Positions 1 through 8,221 of a stretch of DNA of 64,000 bases are shown here, piece by piece. The translations under genes and the position numbers were made by a program. Origin of the DNA: a virus (taxonomy: Duplodnaviria > Caudoviricetes); the IMG/VR virus record IMGVR_UViG_2832249651_000002, positions 1-64,000 of that record; one strand, given 5' to 3'. Position 1 is the first letter of the stretch, and every line of letters begins with the position of its first letter. The notes under the pieces are model-generated. The model was not told the DNA's origin. It saw nothing but the letters and a program-made list of their open reading frames with translations, and did not search any database.

Positions 1-543
1 TTATTCGTTTTTAATAATTAACTCAATTTGCTTACGCTTTGCCAACGAAGGAAATGACTCGTTGGCATGGAGTAGGTAATGCCAATAATAACCACCAGTA
101 GTAAATTGATTCCCATGCAGGCATCTGCATATTAATTGATTGCCAATATCCATAATACGACCAGCTTCACGAATGCTAGCAAACTTCAAAACTTCATTGC
201 CGCAGGTACTAACAGCCATGACTGGTACTTGCTCTATTAAATTGTTTTTCACTGCATGGTTAACATTCTCTTTAGGGGTAACCCATTCTAAATTGCTTAC
301 GCTATTATTTGTCTTAATACCATCTATATGATTGACTTGAGGTAGCTTTTTAGGATTTGGAATAAAGGTCTGAGCTACTAATCTATGAGCAAAAAACCCT
401 TTAACCTTACCATTTTTACATAACCTATATCGAGCATAGCCCCGCACAAAATCTGGTTTTAAAATTCGATCATATTTTGTATTTTTCACTTGACCTTCTG
501 TGTTAATGAAATAGTCCTCATAGTTTTCAATTGGTTTCCACAT
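1..543 (-). CDS. NUMOD4-HNH-NUMOD1 homing-type endonuclease
   Basis: N-terminal WKPIENYEDY, HRLVAQTFIPNP..VNHIDGIKTNN...NLEW, C-terminal FASIREAGR. Confidence 0.9.
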   Translation of the reverse strand: MWKPIENYEDYFINTEGQVKNTKYDRILKPDFVRGYARYRLCKNGKVKGFFAHRLVAQTFIPNPKKLPQVNHIDGIKTNNSVSNLEWVTPKENVNHAVKNNLIEQVPVMAVSTCGNEVLKFASIREAGRIMDIGNQLICRCLHGNQFTTGGYYWHYLLHANESFPSLAKRKQIELIIKNE

Positions 544-575
544 AATTAATCTCCTTTCTCATATACCTAGTCTTC

Positions 576-1781
576 TTAACTCGTTGGCAATTTTTTTACA
601 TAGGACTCTAATATTTGAACTGTCTTATCCTCCATGCCTTCTGTTAAGTGGGAATAGATATCCATAGTAGTAGTTATACTGGAATGCCCTAATCTTTCTT
701 GAACAGATTTCATATCAGCACCATTTTCAATTAACATAGTAGCATGAGTGTGACGCAACATATGAAAATTAAATGGTATATTTATATCGTTAGTGACGAT
801 ATCTCTGGTATGATTAGCGTGAAAAGGGGTAAAAGCAGTTCCATTTTCTGAGGTACATACAAAATGTATCTCTTTTTTATCCTTTTTATCAAGATTATAG
901 CTATGATAATCTTTGTAAATGAATCCTTCTTCATCAATGAAGAACTTATAATAATAGATGCCATACTTTAATTTATTTTTACTTTGTTCTATTTTGTGTT
1001 TTTTTAATAAATTAACTAAAGTATCGCCAATTCTTATTGTCCTTACAGAGGATTGATTTTTAGTAGTAGATAGGATAAATTTATTGCCTTTTCTAGTGAC
1101 ATTCTTTTCTACAGTAAGTGTTTTATTGTCCAAATCTATATTTTCCCACTTCAAAGCACACACCTCTCCTACTCTCAAGCCTGTATGAAATGCAATTTGA
1201 ATAGGTATATAGTGTATAGTTCCTTTAAATCTTTCTAATATTTTTTGATATTCATCTAATGTAACTGTTTTTTTATCATCGTTTTTCTTCAATGATGGCA
1301 TTGTCACATACTCCATAGGGTTATTTTTTATAAATTGACAAGGATGAACGGCATACTTTAGCGAGCTAGATAATATGGCTTTCATATTTTTTATATATTT
1401 TAAGCTATAATTTTCTTTGACTTTATCATTAATAAAAGATTGTAAAACTGTTGGAGTCAAAGAGTTGAGTTTATACTTGCCTAGATCTGGTTTAATATGA
1501 TTTTTTATTATAATATTTCTTAACTTATAAGTAGTATGTTTTAAGTTTGTTTCTACATATTCCTTCATCCAATAATCCATATAATCGGATACGGATATAT
1601 TTTTAGGTTCAAAAAATTGTCCTGCATTTTCATATTCAGTTAGTGCAATTCTTCCAACCCTAAGAGCCTCTGCTTTAGTATCTCCACCAACTCTTTCTAT
1701 CCTCTTGCGTTTACCATCTATAGATGCAGTTTCAAAGCTATAGTACCATTTCTTTCCTCTTTTTCTTGCTGATACAGTCAT
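576..1781 (-). CDS. int: Tyrosine integrase (arm-binding, SAM-like and catalytic domains)
   Basis: [30 protein letters not shown]. Confidence 0.95.
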   Translation of the reverse strand: MTVSARKRGKKWYYSFETASIDGKRKRIERVGGDTKAEALRVGRIALTEYENAGQFFEPKNISVSDYMDYWMKEYVETNLKHTTYKLRNIIIKNHIKPDLGKYKLNSLTPTVLQSFINDKVKENYSLKYIKNMKAILSSSLKYAVHPCQFIKNNPMEYVTMPSLKKNDDKKTVTLDEYQKILERFKGTIHYIPIQIAFHTGLRVGEVCALKWENIDLDNKTLTVEKNVTRKGNKFILSTTKNQSSVRTIRIGDTLVNLLKKHKIEQSKNKLKYGIYYYKFFIDEEGFIYKDYHSYNLDKKDKKEIHFVCTSENGTAFTPFHANHTRDIVTNDINIPFNFHMLRHTHATMLIENGADMKSVQERLGHSSITTTMDIYSHLTEGMEDKTVQILESYVKKLPTS

Positions 1782-1798
1782 TTTTATACTCCTTTCTT

Positions 1799-1810
1799 AA
1801 ACTTATGTTC
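1799..1810 (-). promoter_or_regulatory. Putative LexA/DinR (SOS) box upstream of int
   Basis: Minus strand GAAC-ATAA-GTTT matches Firmicute GAAC-N4-GTTY, 18 nt above the int start. Confidence 0.55.
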
Positions 1811-1824
1811 TTTTTTGAATTTAT

Positions 1825-1847
1825 ATAAAAGAGCCGAGTTAGGCTCT
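1825..1847 (-). terminator. Intrinsic terminator between immA-like gene and int
   Basis: Minus strand AGAGCC-TAACTC-GGCTCT followed by TTT. Confidence 0.55.
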
Positions 1848-1860
1848 GAATATCATTCCT

Positions 1861-2316
1861 TTATTCCCACACTTCCATTACAGCCAAAGGATCAAAATAG
1901 ACAGCATAGTTATCGATTACATAAAACTGTCCATATTTTTGACTATAATACTTTAAAACTTCTTCTATATATTCCTCAGTAACATCTAGATATTCGGCTA
2001 GTTCGAATCTATTTCTAACGCCAGCTTTGTAAGCGTTAATTAAATCAATAATACCTACTAATTTTCTATATCCCCATGCTCTAGCTTGTCTCTCTTGTTT
2101 CCGATTTCTAACATCTGATTGGTCTAACACGTCACCAATATTTGCATGATAGTGCCCTAGTTCTTCAACTAATGCACATTTCTTATCTGCATTGTTAAGG
2201 TCCTTTTTTATAGCAATCCTATTTCCTTTAATCCTTCCTTTATAAGCTTTGAGAGGTTTCTCTTTTACAATTAATCCGTGCATTTCTGTTTCTATTAATA
2301 ATTCTTCATAAGTCAT
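1861..2316 (-). CDS. ImmA/IrrE-family metallopeptidase (anti-repressor protease)
   Basis: EELGHY variant of HExxH, RKQERQARAW, next to the XRE repressor. Confidence 0.88.
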   Translation of the reverse strand: MTYEELLIETEMHGLIVKEKPLKAYKGRIKGNRIAIKKDLNNADKKCALVEELGHYHANIGDVLDQSDVRNRKQERQARAWGYRKLVGIIDLINAYKAGVRNRFELAEYLDVTEEYIEEVLKYYSQKYGQFYVIDNYAVYFDPLAVMEVWE

Positions 2317-2340
2317 TTGCTCCGTCCCCCTGTCAACCTA

Positions 2341-2940
2341 TTAAAAATCGTCATCATCCATTATAGCATCGTCATGAGCTTTATCTTCTTCAGAGGCTCC
2401 TTCAATTTCATGTGCTGCATTAAGAAGCAAGTGGTCAGGTGTTTCTTCTTTCCTCTTTTCATTAAGATTGAGAATTTTAAAACGCAAATATGATTTTATA
2501 TCTTTTATAAGCTCGTTATATTCACTTATTGATATATTAAAAGATACATCACCATAGGTAATGGTATAGTATTCTTTTTCAGGTAACTCGAAATCTTTTG
2601 GAGGTATGAGCCAAGAATTATATTCAATATCGCAATCTATAAGTTTAAGTGCATTAATAAATTTAGTTTCTTGCTCACTTTTGGACAATGTTTTTTCAAG
2701 ATCATCCCATCCCATTAAATAAGCTGGAGTTGTATTTAAAATTTCTGCTAAAGGCTCTATTACAGTAATAGGTAAATTTTCAATTTCGTCACTTTCATAT
2801 CTGTATATTGTTGCCCTATTTTTACCTAATTTATCTGCTATATCATCTACCGATAGACCTAATCCTTTTCTTAGTTCTTTAATTCTTTTTCCGATGCTCA
2901 CTCTTATCATCCTCCCACAAAATATCAAATCTAATTTCAT
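2341..2940 (-). CDS. XRE-family phage repressor (probable true start GTG at 2901)
   Basis: IGKRIKELRK...ATIYRYES...YLMGW HTH; GGGAGG RBS before GTG; C-terminal LNAAH motif typical of ImmA partners. Confidence 0.9.
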   Translation of the reverse strand: MKLDLIFCGRMIRVSIGKRIKELRKGLGLSVDDIADKLGKNRATIYRYESDEIENLPITVIEPLAEILNTTPAYLMGWDDLEKTLSKSEQETKFINALKLIDCDIEYNSWLIPPKDFELPEKEYYTITYGDVSFNISISEYNELIKDIKSYLRFKILNLNEKRKEETPDHLLLNAAHEIEGASEEDKAHDDAIMDDDDF

Positions 2941-3016
2941 TATACCTTATATTCGCAAATATGCAACATAAAAACGGTAAAAAGTTAAATAATTATAAAA
3001 ATATGCGAAAATAATA

Positions 3017-3044
3017 TTGACTTTAGAGAACAAGATGATATACT
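3017..3044 (+). promoter_or_regulatory. Early lytic promoter (sigma-A type)
   Basis: TTGACT-16 nt-TATACT with extended TG, upstream of cro. Confidence 0.7.
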
Positions 3045-3092
3045 TTAATTAAAGTCGCGTAAAATGCAACAAAGAAATAGGAGGTGTAAAGA

Positions 3093-3311
3093 GTGGTAAA
3101 TGTCAATAAATTGAAGGGGAAAATAGTAGAAAATGGACTTAACATCTCTGAACTAGCTAAAAAGATAGGTTTGGATAGAAGTACACTTTATAGAAAACTA
3201 AACAGCGATGGTGAAACTTTCACAATAAAAGAAGCTAATTTAATTTTCAGGGAGTTAAAGTTAACAAAAGTAGAGGCAATGGAAATTTTTTTTAATTATC
3301 ATGTCGCATGA
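3093..3311 (+). CDS. Cro-like HTH regulator
   Basis: Small XRE HTH divergent from the repressor, GGAGGT RBS. Confidence 0.85.
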   Translation: MVNVNKLKGKIVENGLNISELAKKIGLDRSTLYRKLNSDGETFTIKEANLIFRELKLTKVEAMEIFFNYHVA

Positions 3312-3343
3312 AGTGCAACAGTTATAGCAAAGGAGGAAAGCGA

Positions 3344-4132
3344 ATGAATGATTTGCAAATATTTAAAAATGAAGAATTTGGAGAAATAAGAACAGTCTTA
3401 ATTGAAGGTAAACCATATTTTGTAGGAATTGATATAGCTAGAGCATTAGGATATAGCAATCCTAGTAAGGCAATTATACAACATTGCAAAGGGGTTACCA
3501 AAATGGGAATACCTTCGAAAGGTGGGATACAAGAAACAAACGTTATTCCAGAAGGTGATATTTATAGGCTAATAACTAAATCAGAGCTACCATCAGCAGA
3601 AAAATTTGAAACTTGGGTATTTGATGAAGTTCTACCATCTATAAGAAAACATGGGGCATATCTAACAGATGGAGTTATGGACCAGATACTAAGTGACCCA
3701 GATTTTGGGATTAAACTTCTTATGGAATTAAAGACAGAAAGAGAAGAAAAGCAACAGTTACAATTAGCTAATCAAAAACAACAACAAATAATTGGAGAGC
3801 TAAAACCTAAAGCTGATTACACAGATAAGATTCTAAAGAATAAAGGGCTTGTTACAATAACGCAAATAGCTAAGGACTATGGGATGAGCGGAACTGAAAT
3901 GAATAAGTTGTTGTATCAATTAAAGGTACAATACAAACAAAGTGACCAATGGCTTTTATATAAAGAACATCATGGAAAAGGATATACTCATTCAGAAACA
4001 ATTGACATAGTTAGAAGTGATGGAAGAGCAGATGTGAAGATGAATACTAAATGGACGCAAAAAGGAAGATTGTTTTTATACGACTTATTAAAAGAGAATG
4101 GCATATTGCCAACTATAGAAAAAACTGCATAG
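3344..4132 (+). CDS. BRO-N / ANT(KilAC) antirepressor
   Basis: FKNEEFGEIRT, WVFDEVLPSIRKHG, LKPKADY, TKWTQKGR; start moved to the ATG after AGGAGG. Confidence 0.9.
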   Translation: MNDLQIFKNEEFGEIRTVLIEGKPYFVGIDIARALGYSNPSKAIIQHCKGVTKMGIPSKGGIQETNVIPEGDIYRLITKSELPSAEKFETWVFDEVLPSIRKHGAYLTDGVMDQILSDPDFGIKLLMELKTEREEKQQLQLANQKQQQIIGELKPKADYTDKILKNKGLVTITQIAKDYGMSGTEMNKLLYQLKVQYKQSDQWLLYKEHHGKGYTHSETIDIVRSDGRADVKMNTKWTQKGRLFLYDLLKENGILPTIEKTA

Positions 4133-4210
4133 TCGAAAAGTAGAAAATGTATTTGAAATAAACGAATCTCAAAATTAATTTAGAAAAACAAAATTAAAGG
4201 GGGGACAAAG

Positions 4211-4945
4211 ATGAACAGTTTAATAAAGAAAGAATTAGTTTTAGATAGCAGAGAAGTAGCAGAAATGGTGGAAAAGAATCATGCACATTTATTAAGAGAT
4301 ATAAAGATATATATCGAATATATTTCAACCAATCCAAATTTGGATTCGTTAGACTTCTTCATCGAAAGCACATATATAGATGCAAAAGGAGAAGAAAGAC
4401 CTAACTATAATTGCACTAAAAAAGGTTGTGAGTTTATAGCCCATAAGCTTACTGGACAAAAAGGCACTCTGTTTACAGCAATATATATTAATAGATTTCA
4501 TGAAATGGAAAGTCAATTAAATATGAAAGGTACTTTATCAAATCTAAGCCCACAACTACAGTTATTAATAAATATGGAGTTAAAACAAAAAGAAATAGAA
4601 GCTACTGTAATTGAGACCAAAGAAGAAATCCAGGCAATGAGAGAAGTAATAGAAATTAGACCAAGTGAAAATTGGAGAAAAGAAACCAATTCAATAGTTA
4701 ATAAAATATGTAAGAAGTTAAATGATTATCAAAATCCTAAAGATGAGATTTATAAAGCTTTAGAGGAAAGAGCGAAATGTAATCTTAAAATTAGACTTAA
4801 CAATTTAAGAGGTAGAGCCTTCGATAACTGTTGGACGCAAACTAAAATCAATAACCTTAATTATCTTGATGTTATAGCTGATGATGGTAAGCTAATTGAA
4901 ATCTATACAGCAATAGTTAAGGAAATGGCAGTTAAATTTTTATAA
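4211..4945 (+). CDS. Rha-family phage regulatory protein
   Basis: LDSREVAEMVEKNHAHLLRDI, YINRFHEME. Confidence 0.88.
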   Translation: MNSLIKKELVLDSREVAEMVEKNHAHLLRDIKIYIEYISTNPNLDSLDFFIESTYIDAKGEERPNYNCTKKGCEFIAHKLTGQKGTLFTAIYINRFHEMESQLNMKGTLSNLSPQLQLLINMELKQKEIEATVIETKEEIQAMREVIEIRPSENWRKETNSIVNKICKKLNDYQNPKDEIYKALEERAKCNLKIRLNNLRGRAFDNCWTQTKINNLNYLDVIADDGKLIEIYTAIVKEMAVKFL

Positions 4946-4961
4946 AGCGAGGTGAAGATAA

Positions 4962-5213
4962 ATGAAACCAAGATTAGAGTTATTAGAAAATACTTTATAC
5001 ACAGTAGAGGAGGTTGCTGTTGTAATAAAAACTAATACTAATTATGTCTACAGCTTAATAAAAGCGGGTCACTTAGAAGCATTAAAACTAGGAAGAATTA
5101 AAGTAAGAAAATCGGAAGTAGAAAGATTTTTAAAAGAAGCTCAAGGATACGACTACACGGACCCTTACAATATAAAGGAATTGGCAAACGAGGAGGAAAA
5201 ATCAAAATGTTGA
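4962..5213 (+). CDS. Excisionase-like HTH protein
   Basis: LYTVEEVA...VYSLIKAGHLEALKLGRIKV. Confidence 0.8.
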   Translation: MKPRLELLENTLYTVEEVAVVIKTNTNYVYSLIKAGHLEALKLGRIKVRKSEVERFLKEAQGYDYTDPYNIKELANEEEKSKC

Positions 5214-5398
5214 ATATAATATGCAACCTAATAGCCAAAATAGTTTTTCTAGGCATAAATGGGACAATCTGTATACCGATTTTAATAGCTTTGTTTCCAG
5301 AATTTGTGGGACAAGTTAAAGATATAGCTTATGTAAGCAATAAAACATTTAAAATGGGGGAGAGCAATGTCAAATCTAGAAAAATGGGACTTCATTAA
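5207..5398 (+). CDS. Small putative membrane protein
   Basis: GAGGAGG RBS, hydrophobic N-terminus. Confidence 0.5.
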   Translation: MLNIICNLIAKIVFLGINGTICIPILIALFPEFVGQVKDIAYVSNKTFKMGESNVKSRKMGLH

Positions 5399-5612
5399 AA
5401 TTCTAGACTTCAACAGAGAAGAACTAGACGAAGAAGAAATGAAAGACTTCATAGGGACAGATGGGATTATAATAGGTATCTTTGGTGACTCTGGATACCG
5501 ATATGATGTGATTTTATTTAATATGGGTTTACAAAAGAAAGCTATGGACAACGGTGGAATCCTTTGGAGGGATGAAGATTTAGAGAAGTTAGAAATTGAG
5601 GGGGTGAAATAA
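5367..5612 (+). CDS. Hypothetical protein (SH3-like pattern)
   Basis: RBS and operon packing. Confidence 0.6.
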   Translation: MSNLEKWDFIKILDFNREELDEEEMKDFIGTDGIIIGIFGDSGYRYDVILFNMGLQKKAMDNGGILWRDEDLEKLEIEGVK

Positions 5613-5614
5613 AC

Positions 5615-5800
5615 ATGAATGAAGATAAATACAAAGAACATCGTGGCAGTTGGCCTGTTCAATGCACTCTAAAATACGATAAAAGAAAAATAGGTAGAAA
5701 TGAATCTTGCCCTTGTGGCAGTGGAAAGAAGTATAAGAAATGTTGTGGTCCAGTTTTTAGAAATAATAGATGTCATTTAAATAGTCAAACCCTTTATTAA
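5615..5800 (+). CDS. Stand-alone SEC-C zinc-binding motif protein
   Basis: [21 protein letters not shown]. Confidence 0.8.
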   Translation: MNEDKYKEHRGSWPVQCTLKYDKRKIGRNESCPCGSGKKYKKCCGPVFRNNRCHLNSQTLY

Positions 5801-5823
5801 GAAGTCTAGGAGATGAATTAAAT

Positions 5824-6123
5824 ATGGAAACTAAAATTCAATCAATTAACTTAGTTCAGAATAGAGAGAATTTGATAACTAGATATGAGAATGTGCTAAC
5901 AGAGGTAGAATTGGAGTTTATGCTGAATTATCTAGTAGATAGCATAGAAGTAGGAGAAATATATGATTTCTATGTAGTAACTGATGATATAATTCTCGAC
6001 CATATCAATCTTTATGTTTCTAAGATAGAAAAAACTACAGATGATCATATCATTCATGGAACTAATGATGAAGATATAGAAGTAAAATTTTATCTTTCTA
6101 AAACTGAGTTTTGGATAAGGTAG
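5824..6123 (+). CDS. Hypothetical protein
   Basis: AGGAG RBS, operon packing. Confidence 0.6.
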   Translation: METKIQSINLVQNRENLITRYENVLTEVELEFMLNYLVDSIEVGEIYDFYVVTDDIILDHINLYVSKIEKTTDDHIIHGTNDEDIEVKFYLSKTEFWIR

Positions 6124-6134
6124 GAGGTGAAAAA

Positions 6135-6680
6135 TTGATTACTATTAACTCTCAAGATTGCAAAGAAAAGTTCTATCAATCATTTAAGACACAATTAGAA
6201 CAAATAAATAAAACTTATGATGAAATCTGTATTGCATGTATAGGCACAGATAGAAGTACTGGAGATAGCTTAGGTCCTTTAGTAGGTTACAAACTTGGAG
6301 AATTAGAAGGAATTAGGATTGTAGGTAACTTGGATAAACCACTTCATGCACAAAATTTAAAGGAATTCGTTTCTTCCTTAGATGAAAATACTCTTGTAAT
6401 AGCTGTAGATGCAGCACTAGGTAAAGAGGAAAGAGTCGGATTTATAAATGTAAAGCAAGGTGCATTAAGACCAGGTGCAGGAGTAGGGAAAGATCTACCC
6501 CATTTAGGAGACATAGCAATTACTGGAATTGTGAATATTGGTGGAATGATGGAATTTATGGTATTACAGAATACTCGATTATCCGTAGTTATGAAAATGG
6601 CAGATGTAATTTCAGAAGGTCTGAAAAGAGTTTTAAAAGAAAAAAGCTCTCAGGGACGGCAATCCCAAAAGAGCCAATAA
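6135..6680 (+). CDS. yyaC: Spore protease YyaC (GPR-like aspartic protease)
   Basis: CIGTDRSTGDSLGPLVG, PLHAQNL, IAVDAALG, PGAGVGKDLP, LQNTRL; TTG start after AGGAGGTG. Confidence 0.92.
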   Translation: MITINSQDCKEKFYQSFKTQLEQINKTYDEICIACIGTDRSTGDSLGPLVGYKLGELEGIRIVGNLDKPLHAQNLKEFVSSLDENTLVIAVDAALGKEERVGFINVKQGALRPGAGVGKDLPHLGDIAITGIVNIGGMMEFMVLQNTRLSVVMKMADVISEGLKRVLKEKSSQGRQSQKSQ

Positions 6681-6725
6681 GAAAATACTCAATTAAATTA
6701 TATCAAATAGGAGGAATTAAGTAAA
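6640..6725 (-). ncRNA. Putative ~55-nt antisense sRNA with own promoter and terminator
   Basis: Minus-strand TTTACT-17-TATAAT with extended TG (6725-6697); hairpin 6646-6674; U-tract 6645-6640. Confidence 0.5.
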
Positions 6726-7255
6726 TGAAAACAATGACTATAGAAGAATTAAGGAAGAGAGAACTTCAATTTGGTGATGTATTGTATTTTGAATGCCAGA
6801 GCGAAGATTTTAAAGGCTGGTATCTAATTATGAAAAATTGCCTCATAGGATTAAACACTCCCACCCCTATCGCATGGCGACCTAATTGTATTGATGAAAA
6901 ATTCATAACTAAAATTATTTTAAATGAAAGCATAGATATTTTATCAGCTGCATATGATTTTTCGCAATTTATGAGAAGCTTTAACGACTCTTTGGATTCA
7001 CACCTAATTACTTACATCGTTAAGAAAAAGATGGCTAAATATGTCCATTGCGTACATTTTGGTAGTTCAAAATTCTACACATGGAGAGTTCCAGAGAAGC
7101 TAAACAATGTCAAGTTTAAAAAAGGTGACATTGTAGAGGTAGATACCATGTATGGCAATAAATATGTAGAAGTCCGAGAAACAGCTGAATATGAGTATGA
7201 CGAGAAAACTAAGGAAGTCATAAACCTAATAAAAACCGATGACTTACCATTTTAA
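6725..7255 (+). CDS. Hypothetical protein with SH3-like C-terminal domain and SSB-like DDLPF tail
   Basis: KKGDIVEVDTMYG; ends DDLPF. Confidence 0.6.
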   Translation: MKTMTIEELRKRELQFGDVLYFECQSEDFKGWYLIMKNCLIGLNTPTPIAWRPNCIDEKFITKIILNESIDILSAAYDFSQFMRSFNDSLDSHLITYIVKKKMAKYVHCVHFGSSKFYTWRVPEKLNNVKFKKGDIVEVDTMYGNKYVEVRETAEYEYDEKTKEVINLIKTDDLPF

Positions 7256-7267
7256 GGGGGAATTACA

Positions 7268-7636
7268 TTGAAAAATTATCAAATAAATCCAGTTAATATA
7301 GCAAGCCTAGTTGAATTGACAGCAAATTTGTTCAAGACAATGGATAAAGGAATACCCTATTGTCCAAATAGAAATGAAAAAGCTACACAAATGCACTTCG
7401 TAGCAGATTTATTAAAGGATTTAGTAAATACAGCTTATCCAAGGCAAGAAAGTCCTAAGAAAGGATTACCTAGAGATATGTTGGATGCCATGGCATATGG
7501 GCTAGATAAGGTAATCGGAGAAGATTCTACAGTCATAACTGCACTTAATCTAGACTTCAAATCATTTGAAGAAGCTTTACAAAAGATAAACAAGATTATG
7601 AAAGACTACAAACCACCAAAGGCAGGTGAGTTTTAG
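7268..7636 (+). CDS. Hypothetical protein
   Basis: ORF with RBS. Confidence 0.6.
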   Translation: MKNYQINPVNIASLVELTANLFKTMDKGIPYCPNRNEKATQMHFVADLLKDLVNTAYPRQESPKKGLPRDMLDAMAYGLDKVIGEDSTVITALNLDFKSFEEALQKINKIMKDYKPPKAGEF

Positions 7637-7959
7637 TGGATACCGATTATAAGAAACTTACAGAAGATTTAATTCAAGCCAGATTAGCAGCAGAGAAAGC
7701 AGCAGAAGGTGAAGATGGTGGAACTGCAAATTTAGATACTATGACAATAAAATTACCTAGAGCAAACGAAAAGAAAGTCATTGAAGCAGTTAAGAAAGCA
7801 GGACTTTATACAAGAGGTAGAAGGGATTGGTTAGGTCCTAGATATTTTATATCAGGTCCTGGTGGACAAGGCAACTCAAACACAAGAGCAGTTGAAGCTA
7901 TGACAAAGGTTATGAGGGAAGCAGGGTGGAATGTTTTAATTTATTATCAAATGGATTAA
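7636..7959 (+). CDS. Hypothetical phage protein
   Basis: Coupled ORF, EDGGTANLD and GQG..TRAVEAM motifs. Confidence 0.65.
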   Translation: MDTDYKKLTEDLIQARLAAEKAAEGEDGGTANLDTMTIKLPRANEKKVIEAVKKAGLYTRGRRDWLGPRYFISGPGGQGNSNTRAVEAMTKVMREAGWNVLIYYQMD

Positions 7960-7972
7960 GGGGGAGAAGTAA

Positions 7973-8221
7973 TTGGAAATTATCAAAGGTAAAAATTTAG
8001 GTGGTTTTGATTTAATGCCAGCAGCTGAAGGAACTTGTCCAGAATGTGCAACAAAGCATGAACCTGAATTTCCACATAATCAGCAGAGTTTATTCTACCA
8101 ATATAAATTTTATAATGAGCATGGTAGATGGCCAACTTGGAAAGATGCAATGGAACACTGCTCGGAAGAAATGAAAAAATTATGGACTAATGAATTACAG
8201 TCAAGGGGGATTGAGATATGA
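7973..8221 (+). CDS. Small Zn-binding phage protein
   Basis: CPECATKH...PHN...PTWKDAMEHC. Confidence 0.65.
   Translation: MEIIKGKNLGGFDLMPAAEGTCPECATKHEPEFPHNQQSLFYQYKFYNEHGRWPTWKDAMEHCSEEMKKLWTNELQSRGIEI

Larger units (their letters stand above)
2951..3320. promoter_or_regulatory. Repressor/Cro operator palindromes
   Basis: TTCGCA-aata-TGCAAC (2952), GTCGCG-taaaa-TGCAAC (3054), TGTCGCA-tgaag-TGCAACA (3302). Confidence 0.65.
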
